A DNA stretch of 64,000 bases, from the NCBI GenBank assembly GCA_963828125.1, contig CAWHDP010000002.1, positions 640,001 through 704,000 of the forward strand, in the 5' to 3' direction. This stretch comes from an uncultured Chlamydiae bacterium (GTDB lineage Bacteria; Chlamydiota; Chlamydiia; Chlamydiales; SM23-39). Position numbers and translations under genes: made by a program. The first letter of the stretch is position 1. Every line of letters starts with the position of its first letter. The notes below the pieces were generated by a model. It made no database searches. It was not told where the DNA came from and worked only from the letters and a program-made list of their open reading frames with translations. Of this stretch, positions 10,268 through 20,002 are shown one piece after another.

Positions 10268-10878
10268 TCCACCGCACCGGTGGCGAGATTATAGTATGCC
10301 GCACGCACAATGATTTTCTTTTCTTGGACTAATTTTTTGATCACTCTAGATTCGAGCAAATACTCTCTCATTCGAACCGCGTTATTTTTAACCGCTCTAG
10401 CCAGGAGATCGTCTGGGCCGCTCTGTCTCGCCTCACCCACTGCTGGCTCGATCAGTTTTGCAATCGATTCGATATCTTTGGTTTGCCCAGTGACGACCGC
10501 TTGGACGGCGCCGCACCGTTCATGACCCATTACGACCACACAAGCCGCCCCTAGATAGAGCGCCGCGTAGTCGACGCTATCAATTTCTAAAGGCCCTATG
10601 ACGTTTCCTGCCACTCGGACGACAAATAAATCGCCTATCCCTTGATCGAACAGAATCTCTGGAGAGACCCTCGAATCGGAACACCCCACAATAATAGCAA
10701 ATGGAGATTGGTTAGCCACAATGGCCATCCGCCGTTCCGAATCGCGATCCGGGTGTTCGAGCTCATCTCGAACATAGCGCCCGTTCCCCTCTCGCAGTCG
10801 CTGAAGCGCTTGTTCAGGAGACACATTTCCTCCATAGATTACAGATAAAACAAAACTCAAAATAAAAATTAACCACAT
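10258..10878 (-). CDS. Beta-class carbonic anhydrase
   Basis: GCSDSRV, DLFVVRVAGN and GHERCGAV zinc ligands. Confidence 0.93.
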   Translation of the reverse strand: MWLIFILSFVLSVIYGGNVSPEQALQRLREGNGRYVRDELEHPDRDSERRMAIVANQSPFAIIVGCSDSRVSPEILFDQGIGDLFVVRVAGNVIGPLEIDSVDYAALYLGAACVVVMGHERCGAVQAVVTGQTKDIESIAKLIEPAVGEARQSGPDDLLARAVKNNAVRMREYLLESRVIKKLVQEKKIIVRAAYYNLATGAVEWL

Positions 10879-10908
10879 GCCATCCCTCTTTTGAATTCCT
10901 ATTACATG

Positions 10909-10956
10909 TATACCGCGGCCACCCCAAATTCACACTTTTGGGGTGGCCGCAGTATA
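10909..10956. repeat. 48-bp palindromic element, copy 2 (opposite orientation), overlapping the asnB 3' end
   Basis: TATACCGCGGCCACCCCAAATTCACACTTTTGGGGTGGCCGCAGTATA. Confidence 0.9.
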
Positions 10957-12726
10957 CCAATCCGGAGCATATTTACGAAACCACCATTCCAGTGTCAGCA
11001 GGGAAAAGAGGCGCGTTGCGTGATGGCGCCGTCCAAAAATGGCGCCAGGGCGAAAAATGCGCCTCTTCTCCAGGCTCCTAAGCGCGTCATCTAAGAGGGG
11101 CTTTAACTCGCCCGCCATCCACTCTTTCAGCGGGATTACAAACCCCCATTTAGGCCTTTGGACGATTTCAGCAGGGAGAAGCCCTTTGCCTGCCAATTTC
11201 TTAAGGAGGTATTTTCCCATTTTAAACCGGGCAGGCAGACGGGCTGCAAATTCGGCAAGCCGGTGATCTAAGTAGGGGACGCGAGCCTCGAGCGAGTGGC
11301 TCATGGTCGCCCGATCGACTTTGGTTAAAAGATCATCGGGGAGCCAAAGGTTTTGATCGATGTGGAGCATCTGATCCAAATACTCATCGGAATCGCAAGC
11401 GAAATAATGGAGCTCTGCAAGCGCCTCAAGTCCTGGTCCGATCAATGCTGGGGAGAGGAGGGAGCGGTGGGTCTCGCTGTCGAATAAGTTGGGAATGGTC
11501 GTATATCTCCTCGAAAGGGGGCGAGACATCGCCTTCACAAGCCGGTTTTTTCGCAATTTCTCTGGCATAAACCGATGGAAAGGGGCATAAAATCTTCCCC
11601 ATTTTGCAGAAATGGGGGCCTCTTGCAGCCTTTTCGCATAATTGCTGTAGCCGGCAAAGATCTCATCGGCCCCCTCTCCAGAGAGGACCACTTTGACATG
11701 CCGGGCCGTCATCTCCGAGAGGAGTAGAGTCGGAAGCGCCGCCTGATCGCCGAATGGCTCATCAAAGGCGCCGATCGCTCGAAGAAGATCGTTCGGCTGG
11801 ATGATGAGAGGATAGAACTCAGCGCCTAAATACTCTGCCACGCGGGCGGCGTGGGAATGCTCACTATGGCCATGCTCCAAACCGATGGTGAATAGTTTGA
11901 TCGGTTGGCGGCACTCCGATTGCATGAGGGCGGCGATGAGAGATGAATCGAGCCCTCCGCTGACAAAGGCGCCGAGGGGGACGTCGGCCATCAACATCGA
12001 GGAGACAGAGCGGCGGAGCTCTGTCTCGAGCTGAGCCAGCGCTGCCGGTTCATCTAGCTCAGACTTCGGAAGGTAGCTCGGAGTCCAGTAGCGCCTCTTT
12101 TCAAGACGGCCCTCTTTAAATCTCAGAAAATGGGCGGAGGGGAGTTTTTGAATCTGTTGAAACATCGTGAACGGAGCCGGAATATACTGGCACTCCAGAT
12201 AGAGTCCGATCGCCTTGGGATCGATCTCGCGCGAAACGGCGGGGTGAACCAGGAGCGCTTTGAGCTCAGAGCCGAATAGGAGCCGTCCGTTTTGGTGGGA
12301 GATATAGAGCGGTTTCACTCCAAAATGATCGCGTGCAAGCAAGAGCGACTCTCCGTCCCAAAAAGCAAAGGCAAACATCCCCTGAAGACGGGGGAGGATC
12401 TCTTCGCCCCATTCAATGAGGGCATGGAGGAGCGCCTCCGTGTCCCCTTCCGTCTGAAAAACGTGGCCCAAGGCTGTAAGTTCGATGCGGAGTTCTTTGA
12501 AATTGTAGAGCTCTCCATTATAGGCAAGGACGTATCTGCCGTGAACCATTGGCTGGGAACTTCCATTCAGATCGATGATCGAGAGGCGCCGGTGGCCAAG
12601 GGCCACGGATCCTTGGTAAAAATATCCGGAGGCGTCGGGTCCCCGATGAGCCAAGACCCCGGTCATCTGCTCCAAAACCTCTCTTCCACAAGGGCGTGGA
12701 TCTACCCAACCAGTCAATCCGCACAT
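10930..12726 (-). CDS. asnB: Asparagine synthase (glutamine-hydrolysing) family amidotransferase
   Basis: N-terminal MCG, HRGPD, GHRRLSIID, SGGLDSS, SGEGADE and EARVPYLD motifs. Confidence 0.92.
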   Translation of the reverse strand: MCGLTGWVDPRPCGREVLEQMTGVLAHRGPDASGYFYQGSVALGHRRLSIIDLNGSSQPMVHGRYVLAYNGELYNFKELRIELTALGHVFQTEGDTEALLHALIEWGEEILPRLQGMFAFAFWDGESLLLARDHFGVKPLYISHQNGRLLFGSELKALLVHPAVSREIDPKAIGLYLECQYIPAPFTMFQQIQKLPSAHFLRFKEGRLEKRRYWTPSYLPKSELDEPAALAQLETELRRSVSSMLMADVPLGAFVSGGLDSSLIAALMQSECRQPIKLFTIGLEHGHSEHSHAARVAEYLGAEFYPLIIQPNDLLRAIGAFDEPFGDQAALPTLLLSEMTARHVKVVLSGEGADEIFAGYSNYAKRLQEAPISAKWGRFYAPFHRFMPEKLRKNRLVKAMSRPLSRRYTTIPNLFDSETHRSLLSPALIGPGLEALAELHYFACDSDEYLDQMLHIDQNLWLPDDLLTKVDRATMSHSLEARVPYLDHRLAEFAARLPARFKMGKYLLKKLAGKGLLPAEIVQRPKWGFVIPLKEWMAGELKPLLDDALRSLEKRRIFRPGAIFGRRHHATRLFSLLTLEWWFRKYAPDWYTAATPKV

Positions 12727-12816
12727 TTGGAACATAAGCATCTACGGCTATTGAATATTCGTCTAGACAAAAAGAGGGCTAAAGAGATACCCTGATAGTC
12801 TCAACTGAGTTGGATT

Positions 12817-14394
12817 ATGCCGTTTCCCGTCCCCGAATATCAAAACCACGAAGAATTCCAAAACCGGTCCCGTAAACTAGACGAAATACGGAGCCTCGGA
12901 ATCGATCCCTACCCTCCAAAATTCGTCCATACAAAAAAGACGGCGCAGATCTTCCTCGAATCTGAAGAAAAAGAGGTGGGCCACCACGATGATGCGGCGG
13001 CTGGGAATACAGAATTAGTATTCGTGTCGGGACGGCTCGTTTTGTTTCGCGCCATGGGGAAAAACGCCTTTGCCCACATTCAAGATGAGACGGGGCGCAT
13101 CCAAATCATGTGCAACCGCGATTTAACCGAGGTGCAAGGCCTTGCGAGGATCGAAGAGATCACCCCGCTCAAATTCATCGAGAAGAAACTCGATCTGGGG
13201 GACATCATCGGCGTCGAAGGGCACCTCTTTAAAACACAAAAAGGGGAGTTGACGATCTTCGCAAAAAAGGTGACGCTCCTTTGCAAATCGCTCCTCCCCC
13301 TCCCCGATAAACATTCGGGGTTGGTAGATAAAGGCGTCCGGTACCGGAAACGGTGGCTCGATCTGATCACTCATCCAGATTCCATGGAGCGGTTCAGAAC
13401 CCGCTCCCGCATTTTGCTCGCAATTCGCGGGTATCTCGAAGAGCGGGAATTCGAAGAGGTCGAAACCCCAGTTTTACAAAATACCTATGGAGGGGCGCAG
13501 GCAAGGCCGTTCACAACCCATTTGAATGCTTTGAAACAGGATATGTTCTTGAGGATCAGTTTGGAAATCCCTCTCAAAGAGCTGATCGTCGGCGGCATGC
13601 AGAAAATCTACGAGATCGGCAAGGTGTTCAGAAATGAGGGGATCGACCGGACGCATAACCCGGAGTTCACGATGCTCGAGGCCTACGCGGCAGGTTGGGA
13701 CTACCAGGATATGATGGACTTTACTGAAGGGCTCTTCGAAGCGGTAGCTTTAAGTCTCTTCGGCGACACCAAAGTGCGGCTGACGCCAGAGGGAGAGGGG
13801 GTCGCCTATGTGATCGACCTCAAGGCCCCTTGGAAACGGATGAGCATGAAAGAGGCGATTCAGGTGTATGGGCATTTGAATGTCGATAAAATGTCGGAAC
13901 AAGAGATGAGAGCCCGCTTGCTCCAAGAGACCCATATCGATCCGAAAGGGGTTCGCCAGGCTCCAAGGGGCGCCCTGATCGCCAGGCTCTTCGAAGAGTT
14001 CGCAGAGCCGCATCTGATCCAGCCTCATCACATCATTGACCATCCAATCGAAACAACTCCCCTGTGCAAACCCCACCGCGATCCCCGCCTGCGCAAAGAG
14101 GGGTTTGTAGAGCGGTTCGAGAGCTTTATTTTGGGTCGAGAAATGTGCAACTCCTACACCGAGCTCAATGATCCCGAATTGCAGAGAAAGCTGCTCGTTG
14201 AACAGGGAGAAAAAAAAGAACAGGGGGACGCAGAGGCCAACCCATTAGACGAAGAATTCATCGAGGCGATCTGCCAAGGGATGCCGCCCACGGGAGGCGT
14301 AGGGATTGGGATCGACCGATTGGCGATGCTCTTTACCAATGGAGAGTCTATCCGAGATGTTCTCTTTTTTCCCCTGATGCGCGCGGAAGAGTAG
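12817..14394 (+). CDS. lysS: Lysyl-tRNA synthetase (class II)
   Basis: OB fold; GGAQARPF, FRNEGIDRTHNPEFT and GMPPTGGVGIGIDRL motifs. Confidence 0.97.
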   Translation: MPFPVPEYQNHEEFQNRSRKLDEIRSLGIDPYPPKFVHTKKTAQIFLESEEKEVGHHDDAAAGNTELVFVSGRLVLFRAMGKNAFAHIQDETGRIQIMCNRDLTEVQGLARIEEITPLKFIEKKLDLGDIIGVEGHLFKTQKGELTIFAKKVTLLCKSLLPLPDKHSGLVDKGVRYRKRWLDLITHPDSMERFRTRSRILLAIRGYLEEREFEEVETPVLQNTYGGAQARPFTTHLNALKQDMFLRISLEIPLKELIVGGMQKIYEIGKVFRNEGIDRTHNPEFTMLEAYAAGWDYQDMMDFTEGLFEAVALSLFGDTKVRLTPEGEGVAYVIDLKAPWKRMSMKEAIQVYGHLNVDKMSEQEMRARLLQETHIDPKGVRQAPRGALIARLFEEFAEPHLIQPHHIIDHPIETTPLCKPHRDPRLRKEGFVERFESFILGREMCNSYTELNDPELQRKLLVEQGEKKEQGDAEANPLDEEFIEAICQGMPPTGGVGIGIDRLAMLFTNGESIRDVLFFPLMRAEE

Positions 14395-15157
14395 CTGAGT
14401 AACTTTCTAGGCCTTGCCGTTTTTTTGCAATGGTCGAATTGGGTCTGTCGGCTAAGATCCTCGCTATCGCCTCGTCCACAGTCATATTGCAATATTTCAT
14501 TAAATATGCCGCGACGATCATTGCCGATCGCCCTTGGCCCGCTTTGCAATGGACATAGAGGTTTCTCCCCGCATCTAATTCAGCGCGGATGTACTCCGCC
14601 CCTTCATCGAGCTGCCCGGTGGTGAGGATCGCGTGGTCTTCTACATCCATCCCTTTATACTTGACGCCGAGCGTCCCCCAATCGGTCGCAGAATAAGGGA
14701 GCGATAGTCCGAGCGGCCTCCTCTCCCAAGGTTCGTTCATCGAAAGGACCGAGTTCACCTCTTTCTCTCGGACAAGACGTTCGCCTTCGAATTTGAGGCC
14801 ATTCGGGAGCGCCCCGAGAAACAATTTATGTGTGTGATGTGCGTGCCGGATCTCGCTATCATTGGTGGTAAAGAGCCGCTTAATCGCCCCTAATTCAAAG
14901 AAAAGTTGGTTCCGCGCGTCTTGATGCAACACCACCATGGCCACATTCATCAATAACGTGAACGCCGCCACAGCCACCATTGTAATCAACACAGCCGTCC
15001 ATCCAACCGGATTGAAAGCGAGCAGCACCGATCCGGTAATCAGCAACGCCACAAAAGGGAGGTTCCGGAGGATGAATGACTTTCCTAACCCCTCGCCAAG
15101 AGCCTCCACTTTGGGCTGTATATTAAAATATTGATTTTTCGGGACAGGCGCAGTCAC
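14348..15157 (-). CDS. Dual-specificity (PTPMT1-like) phosphatase with an N-terminal bilobed hydrophobic domain
   Basis: YVHCKAGQGRS CX5R motif; ~45-residue hydrophobic stretch. Confidence 0.8.
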   Translation of the reverse strand: MTAPVPKNQYFNIQPKVEALGEGLGKSFILRNLPFVALLITGSVLLAFNPVGWTAVLITMVAVAAFTLLMNVAMVVLHQDARNQLFFELGAIKRLFTTNDSEIRHAHHTHKLFLGALPNGLKFEGERLVREKEVNSVLSMNEPWERRPLGLSLPYSATDWGTLGVKYKGMDVEDHAILTTGQLDEGAEYIRAELDAGRNLYVHCKAGQGRSAMIVAAYLMKYCNMTVDEAIARILADRPNSTIAKKRQGLESYSATLPRASGEKREHLG

Positions 15158-15216
15158 TATAAATTCCTTTTCCTAGAAATTATAATAACTTATAAATAAT
15201 TTGTAAATAAAACAAA

Positions 15217-15459
15217 TTATTTAAAATCTAAAACAAAATTACATCCATGCTCCGTGAGGCAAACCAGAGAATCATCCCCTTTTTTGAGGAAGTTAGCCTG
15301 AGCCAAGTGCTTAATGATATTTTTAACCATGGTCTCTTTGTGACCGAGGGCTTTAGCCACTCCCCTATAATCGATTAAGGCGTGCGGATCGCCGCCCGCC
15401 AGGGCCGTTTCGTAGAGTTTGATCAAAAACCGTTCGTCAGGGGTCGATTTAGACTTCAT
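15217..15459 (-). CDS. Small hypothetical protein, possible winged helix
   Basis: Start overlaps the cysS stop. Confidence 0.6.
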   Translation of the reverse strand: MKSKSTPDERFLIKLYETALAGGDPHALIDYRGVAKALGHKETMVKNIIKHLAQANFLKKGDDSLVCLTEHGCNFVLDFK

Positions 15460-16853
15460 TTTTTCTTTAACCTCGCTCCTTGGGGGGTGTCTTCAATGAG
15501 GTATCCTCGGCCATGGATGGCGTCGCGCATTTCATCGCTGAGGATCCAATTTTTTTCTTTACGAGCCCTCTCCCTCTCATCTAAACACCGAAGGAGTTCT
15601 GGCGGGATAATCTCCTCTTTTGGGCTTAAAGGGAGTACTCCAAAAACACGGTCCCAGGCTCCTAAAAGCTGCAAAGCCGCCTCAGCCTCTCCCTTGCCAA
15701 ACCGGTCTTCATCGCAAAGAGTGTTGAGTTCGCGGATCAGATCGAAAAGGGCGGCGAGGGCAGCTGAGAGGTTGAGATCGTCGGCAAGAGCGGCTCTAAA
15801 TCGGGCGTCTGCCTTTGTGAGAACCTCCGAACTCGGCCGCTCCGTCCGGATCGAGCGGAGGCGGAGGACGAGATCTTCGATCCGCTGCAGACTCGAGCGG
15901 GCGGCGTCGAGGCCCGCAAAGGTAAAATTGAGCTGCGTCCGATAATGGGTCGAAAGGAGAAGGTAGCGCACTTCAGATCCGGTGTACCCTTTTTTGAGAA
16001 GATCGCGCAGGGTATAAAAATTGCCGAGACTCTTCGACATTTTTTTATGATCGACGAGGAGATGCTCCACGTGAACCCAGTGGAGGACAAAACGGTGGCC
16101 GGAGCAGCATTCCGATTGGGCGATTTCATTCTCGTGATGGGGAAACATGTTATCGACGCCGCCGCAGTGAATATCGATCGTTTTGCCAAGGAGCTGAGTG
16201 GCCATAGCAGAGCATTCGATGTGCCAGCCCGGCCTCCCCAGACCAAAGGGGCTCTCCCAATAGATCTCTCCATCCCGTTCGGGATCATACGCCTTCCAGA
16301 GGACGAAATCGGCGATGTTGTCTTTGTCGTATTCATCGGCCTCGTTATCGCCCGATGCGTTGATCTTCAACTCTGAGAGATTGAGATGGGAGAGTTTCCC
16401 ATATTCGGGAAATTTCCGGATGGAAAAATAGATGCTCCCATTGGAGCTCTTATAGGCGAAACCCTTGGCGATCAGAGTCTGAATCATGCCGATCATTTGA
16501 GGAATATAATCAGTAGCCGCCGGATAGTGTTCCGCCTTTTCGATATGAAGCGCCTCCAAATCTTCGAAAAAAGCCCTCCGAAACGGTTCGGTATACTGTT
16601 TGAGGGGCGCCCGATTGCGGATGGCTCCTCGGATCGTCTTGTCGTCGATATCGGTGATATTCATCGCCTGCTCGATACCGAATCCAAAATACTGGATGGT
16701 TCGCCTCAAAACATCTTCAAAAACATAGGTGCGGAAATTGCCGATATGGGCAAAATCGTAAATGGTAGGCCCGCAAGTGTACATCTTGATCTTCCCTTGA
16801 TGGGGGCGGATCTCCTCTTTTTCACGCGTCTCTGTATTGTATAATTTTAGCAT
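15456..16853 (-). CDS. cysS: Cysteinyl-tRNA synthetase
   Basis: CGPTIY, HIGN, GRPGWHIECSAM and KMSKS motifs. Confidence 0.97.
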   Translation of the reverse strand: MLKLYNTETREKEEIRPHQGKIKMYTCGPTIYDFAHIGNFRTYVFEDVLRRTIQYFGFGIEQAMNITDIDDKTIRGAIRNRAPLKQYTEPFRRAFFEDLEALHIEKAEHYPAATDYIPQMIGMIQTLIAKGFAYKSSNGSIYFSIRKFPEYGKLSHLNLSELKINASGDNEADEYDKDNIADFVLWKAYDPERDGEIYWESPFGLGRPGWHIECSAMATQLLGKTIDIHCGGVDNMFPHHENEIAQSECCSGHRFVLHWVHVEHLLVDHKKMSKSLGNFYTLRDLLKKGYTGSEVRYLLLSTHYRTQLNFTFAGLDAARSSLQRIEDLVLRLRSIRTERPSSEVLTKADARFRAALADDLNLSAALAALFDLIRELNTLCDEDRFGKGEAEAALQLLGAWDRVFGVLPLSPKEEIIPPELLRCLDERERARKEKNWILSDEMRDAIHGRGYLIEDTPQGARLKKK

Positions 16854-19534
16854 AGGGCCTGCAAAGTGCGATAATCGGTTTTCCCCGCTCCCATCAGAGG
16901 GATCTCTTCGACATGTTGAACGGCGTGGATTTTGACGAGATTACTGAAACCTACCTGTTGGAGGATTTGATTGATCTCCTCCTTTTCGATCGAGATCGTC
17001 GCGAATAAAATCAGCCTCGCCCTCCCCTCTTCCCGCTCATCGGCGCAAAGGGCGAGCGACGGGACATCAGGAGAGATCCGCTTTTCTTGAATGAGATGTT
17101 TGACAAGGGCCTCTTCAATCGCACCGAGGCTGATCATCTCTCCGCCGATTTTGGTGAACCGTTTCATCCGCCCCGATAAAATCAGGCATTCATCTTGATC
17201 CAAATGGCCCAAATCGCCCGTCCGATACCACTGTTTCCCATCAATTTCAATAAAGGGGGTGCGCGGGTTGCCGAGGTAGCCGCTAAAGACATTGGGGCCT
17301 CGGACACAGATCTCGCCGTCGCCCCCTTTTGGGAGAGGCTCAAGCGTCTCGGGATGGATTGTGATCAGTTCGATATCAGGGGCCAAGCGGCCCACTCCTC
17401 TAGGGGGCATGTTCGGGCGATTGAGGGTCAAAATCGGCGAGCATTCGGTGATCCCATACCCTTCGACTAATTTACCGCTCTTCAGCGCCTTGACCCTCAC
17501 AAAGAGCTCTTCGGGAGCTTTTTCCGCGCCAGAGATAAAGAGACGGACAGTCCTCAACTGCTCGCTCTTCGCCGCATGGAAAAGGCCTTTAATGAAGCTA
17601 GGGGCGCCGCAGAAGAGGGTCACTTTCCACCGCTCGATCCCCTCAGCAAGAGCAAAGCTATCGGTGGGGTCGGGATAGAAAGCCACTTTGATCCCGCCCA
17701 AGATCGGGAAGAGCCCCGCTACAGAAAAACCAAACGAATGGAACGGAGGCAAAATCCCATAGAGCACATCTTGAGGATTGAGTTCAATGCACTGCATGGC
17801 CGAGCGCTGGTTGGTCACGATATTCCGATGGGAGAGGGGCACCCCCTTAGGCGCCGCCTCAGTGCCGCTCGTAAAAAGGATGACGCACGGATCCTTTTCA
17901 TCGATCCGATCGAGGCGCATCGCCCTGAGAACATAAGAGGGCGTAGAGAGGGATAAAAAAAGGCCGCGGAGCTTCATTTGAAGGGTGAGCTTTTTCCGGA
18001 TCTCTTCGATCCCAACGAGCTGGCTCAAGCAGGTTCCGAATTGGACATTGGCAAGCCGCTGTAAAAACCGCTCGGATGTGACAATTCTTGAACTCCCGCT
18101 GATCTTCATCATCTCTTCCAGATAGCGAGAACCGAGAGTCCAATTCAGCATCACCGGAGTCTTCCCTGCAAATTGGAGAGCGAGGATCACAATATAGGCC
18201 CCCGCCGATGCAGGGAGCATGACCGCCACCCGCTCCTCATCCCACGTCCGGAACGCCTGCGCCAGGACAAGGACAGCCTTTTTCATCCTCTTGTAGCTCA
18301 AAACGGAAACGAGATCGTCCCCGCACGCCGCATAGCCGCCCATCCGCTCGCAAGAGTTGAGAAACGCCTCCGGAATCGTCCTCCCCAACGGGAGCGCCGG
18401 AGGCAATCGCCCTTTCTCTTTAGGCCAGGTAAAGCTCGAAGGGGGGCCTCTTTGCGTACGGGCCTCAGCGCCCCCCTCCGCGATCTCTAAAATCGACTCA
18501 ACCGATTCGAGATCCTCCGGATGGAGCTCGCCGACATCAAAATTTTTTGCCAAGTAAGCGATAAATTCGGCGATGTTGAGCGAGTCCATGCCAAGATCGT
18601 AGGCAAGGCTCATCTCAGGCTGAACCTCGAGATCTGGTTTGTCGAGGATCTTCCGAATCTGATGGGTGATCTTGCGACGGGTCTCTTCGGAAATAGCCAC
18701 TCCGTTAGAACCCCGTTTTTTATCAGGCCGGTGAACCTCAGGCAACTCCTCGCGCCACCGGCTGTAGGAGACAAGCGTGAGCGGCTCCCGCTCCGAAATA
18801 TTCCCCTGATCATCCGGATAGCGGTTATACCAGCCCTCCAAGTAGCGGTTTAACTCGATCCGCGACCCGTTTTCGCGCGGCATACCCGCCGGATTCGGCT
18901 CAATTTCAATGAGGACTTTTCTCCTCGGCGTAAAAAAAATAAGGTTCTTGAGAATCACTTTCAGAGCGTGCGCAATCGTCGGCCCCAATTCTGGAGACCG
19001 TCCGATCAGCGCCCTTGAAAAACTACTCCCCCATAGTCCTGTCGTCCGAATCAAAACGACATTCGCCTCCGGACATTCTCTCAAAAGCTCATGAGCGCCG
19101 GAAGAGCCCCCAAGGAGCTCTTTTTTTGTCGTCTTCAATCTTCCCGCGGGATAGACAATGAAATTCTCACCCCTCTTTAAGCCCGCCGCAATCTCCCCGA
19201 TCGACTTTTCGGCCTGCTTCACCTTGTACTCGTTGACAGCCAATTCGAAATTGGGGATCGAAATGGCCTTAAGCCGCTTGTTAATGAGCTTCAACAAGGG
19301 CAAGTTATAGATGTGATCGATCTCAAGCGGGCGCATCTGGAATTTCGGCCAAAGCCAAACGAAATTGATGAGCGGATCGACATGAGCCGGATGGTTCGGC
19401 ATGAACAAGATCCCCTGCTTCCGATTCAATCGATCTGGCGTAAGCTCCTCCATTCCCCTGATCTCGACCCGATAGCGGAGAGAAATGACCCCCTTGAGGA
19501 TCGATGTGATGAGCGTCCAAAAAAATCTCGACAT
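16847..19534 (-). CDS. aas: Aas-like fusion: acyltransferase + acyl-carrier domain + AMP-binding acyl-ACP synthetase
   Basis: NHPAHVD (HX4D), LGMDSL phosphopantetheine site, FTSGTEAAPKG, EGYGITE and YRTGDLG motifs. Confidence 0.85.
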   Translation of the reverse strand: MSRFFWTLITSILKGVISLRYRVEIRGMEELTPDRLNRKQGILFMPNHPAHVDPLINFVWLWPKFQMRPLEIDHIYNLPLLKLINKRLKAISIPNFELAVNEYKVKQAEKSIGEIAAGLKRGENFIVYPAGRLKTTKKELLGGSSGAHELLRECPEANVVLIRTTGLWGSSFSRALIGRSPELGPTIAHALKVILKNLIFFTPRRKVLIEIEPNPAGMPRENGSRIELNRYLEGWYNRYPDDQGNISEREPLTLVSYSRWREELPEVHRPDKKRGSNGVAISEETRRKITHQIRKILDKPDLEVQPEMSLAYDLGMDSLNIAEFIAYLAKNFDVGELHPEDLESVESILEIAEGGAEARTQRGPPSSFTWPKEKGRLPPALPLGRTIPEAFLNSCERMGGYAACGDDLVSVLSYKRMKKAVLVLAQAFRTWDEERVAVMLPASAGAYIVILALQFAGKTPVMLNWTLGSRYLEEMMKISGSSRIVTSERFLQRLANVQFGTCLSQLVGIEEIRKKLTLQMKLRGLFLSLSTPSYVLRAMRLDRIDEKDPCVILFTSGTEAAPKGVPLSHRNIVTNQRSAMQCIELNPQDVLYGILPPFHSFGFSVAGLFPILGGIKVAFYPDPTDSFALAEGIERWKVTLFCGAPSFIKGLFHAAKSEQLRTVRLFISGAEKAPEELFVRVKALKSGKLVEGYGITECSPILTLNRPNMPPRGVGRLAPDIELITIHPETLEPLPKGGDGEICVRGPNVFSGYLGNPRTPFIEIDGKQWYRTGDLGHLDQDECLILSGRMKRFTKIGGEMISLGAIEEALVKHLIQEKRISPDVPSLALCADEREEGRARLILFATISIEKEEINQILQQVGFSNLVKIHAVQHVEEIPLMGAGKTDYRTLQALC

Positions 19535-19681
19535 AGACACTATTTAACCCCGTCAGGGCTGTTTTCTGCCACTGTTTTCTTGTCTTCCGTAAGTAACTTT
19601 ATGTTAAGTTGATAGACAAAAAATAGACAATTTAAGAAAGAATATATATACATAAAAATTCACGAATATCAGGAGAGCGGC

Positions 19682-19993
19682 ATGACCAACATTCCAGACG
19701 GTTTTCAAAATCGGATCCCACCAGGGATTCCAAGAGAACTAAAAGAAGAGATTGACCTAGCCTCTGGCATGGTGGTTCCGAGAAATTTAAAAACCGCCAA
19801 TGGGCGGAATGGAGTCGAGCGGATTCATGCCGCGCCTACAAAAGACCCCTATAAAAATTACTTCAACAAAGCCACAGTCCAGCGAAAGCCAAGCGCTGGC
19901 TCCACCCACATGGCCGCCCTGCCCGTATTTCGGAAACGGGCCATGACCGGATCCTCTCCGCAGCCACCTCTTAAACGTCCGCGAACTCGCTAA
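19682..19993 (+). CDS. Hypothetical basic protein
   Basis: AGGAG upstream of the ATG; follows an AT-rich intergenic region. Confidence 0.5.
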   Translation: MTNIPDGFQNRIPPGIPRELKEEIDLASGMVVPRNLKTANGRNGVERIHAAPTKDPYKNYFNKATVQRKPSAGSTHMAALPVFRKRAMTGSSPQPPLKRPRTR

Positions 19994-20002
19994 TTTTTCC
20001 GT

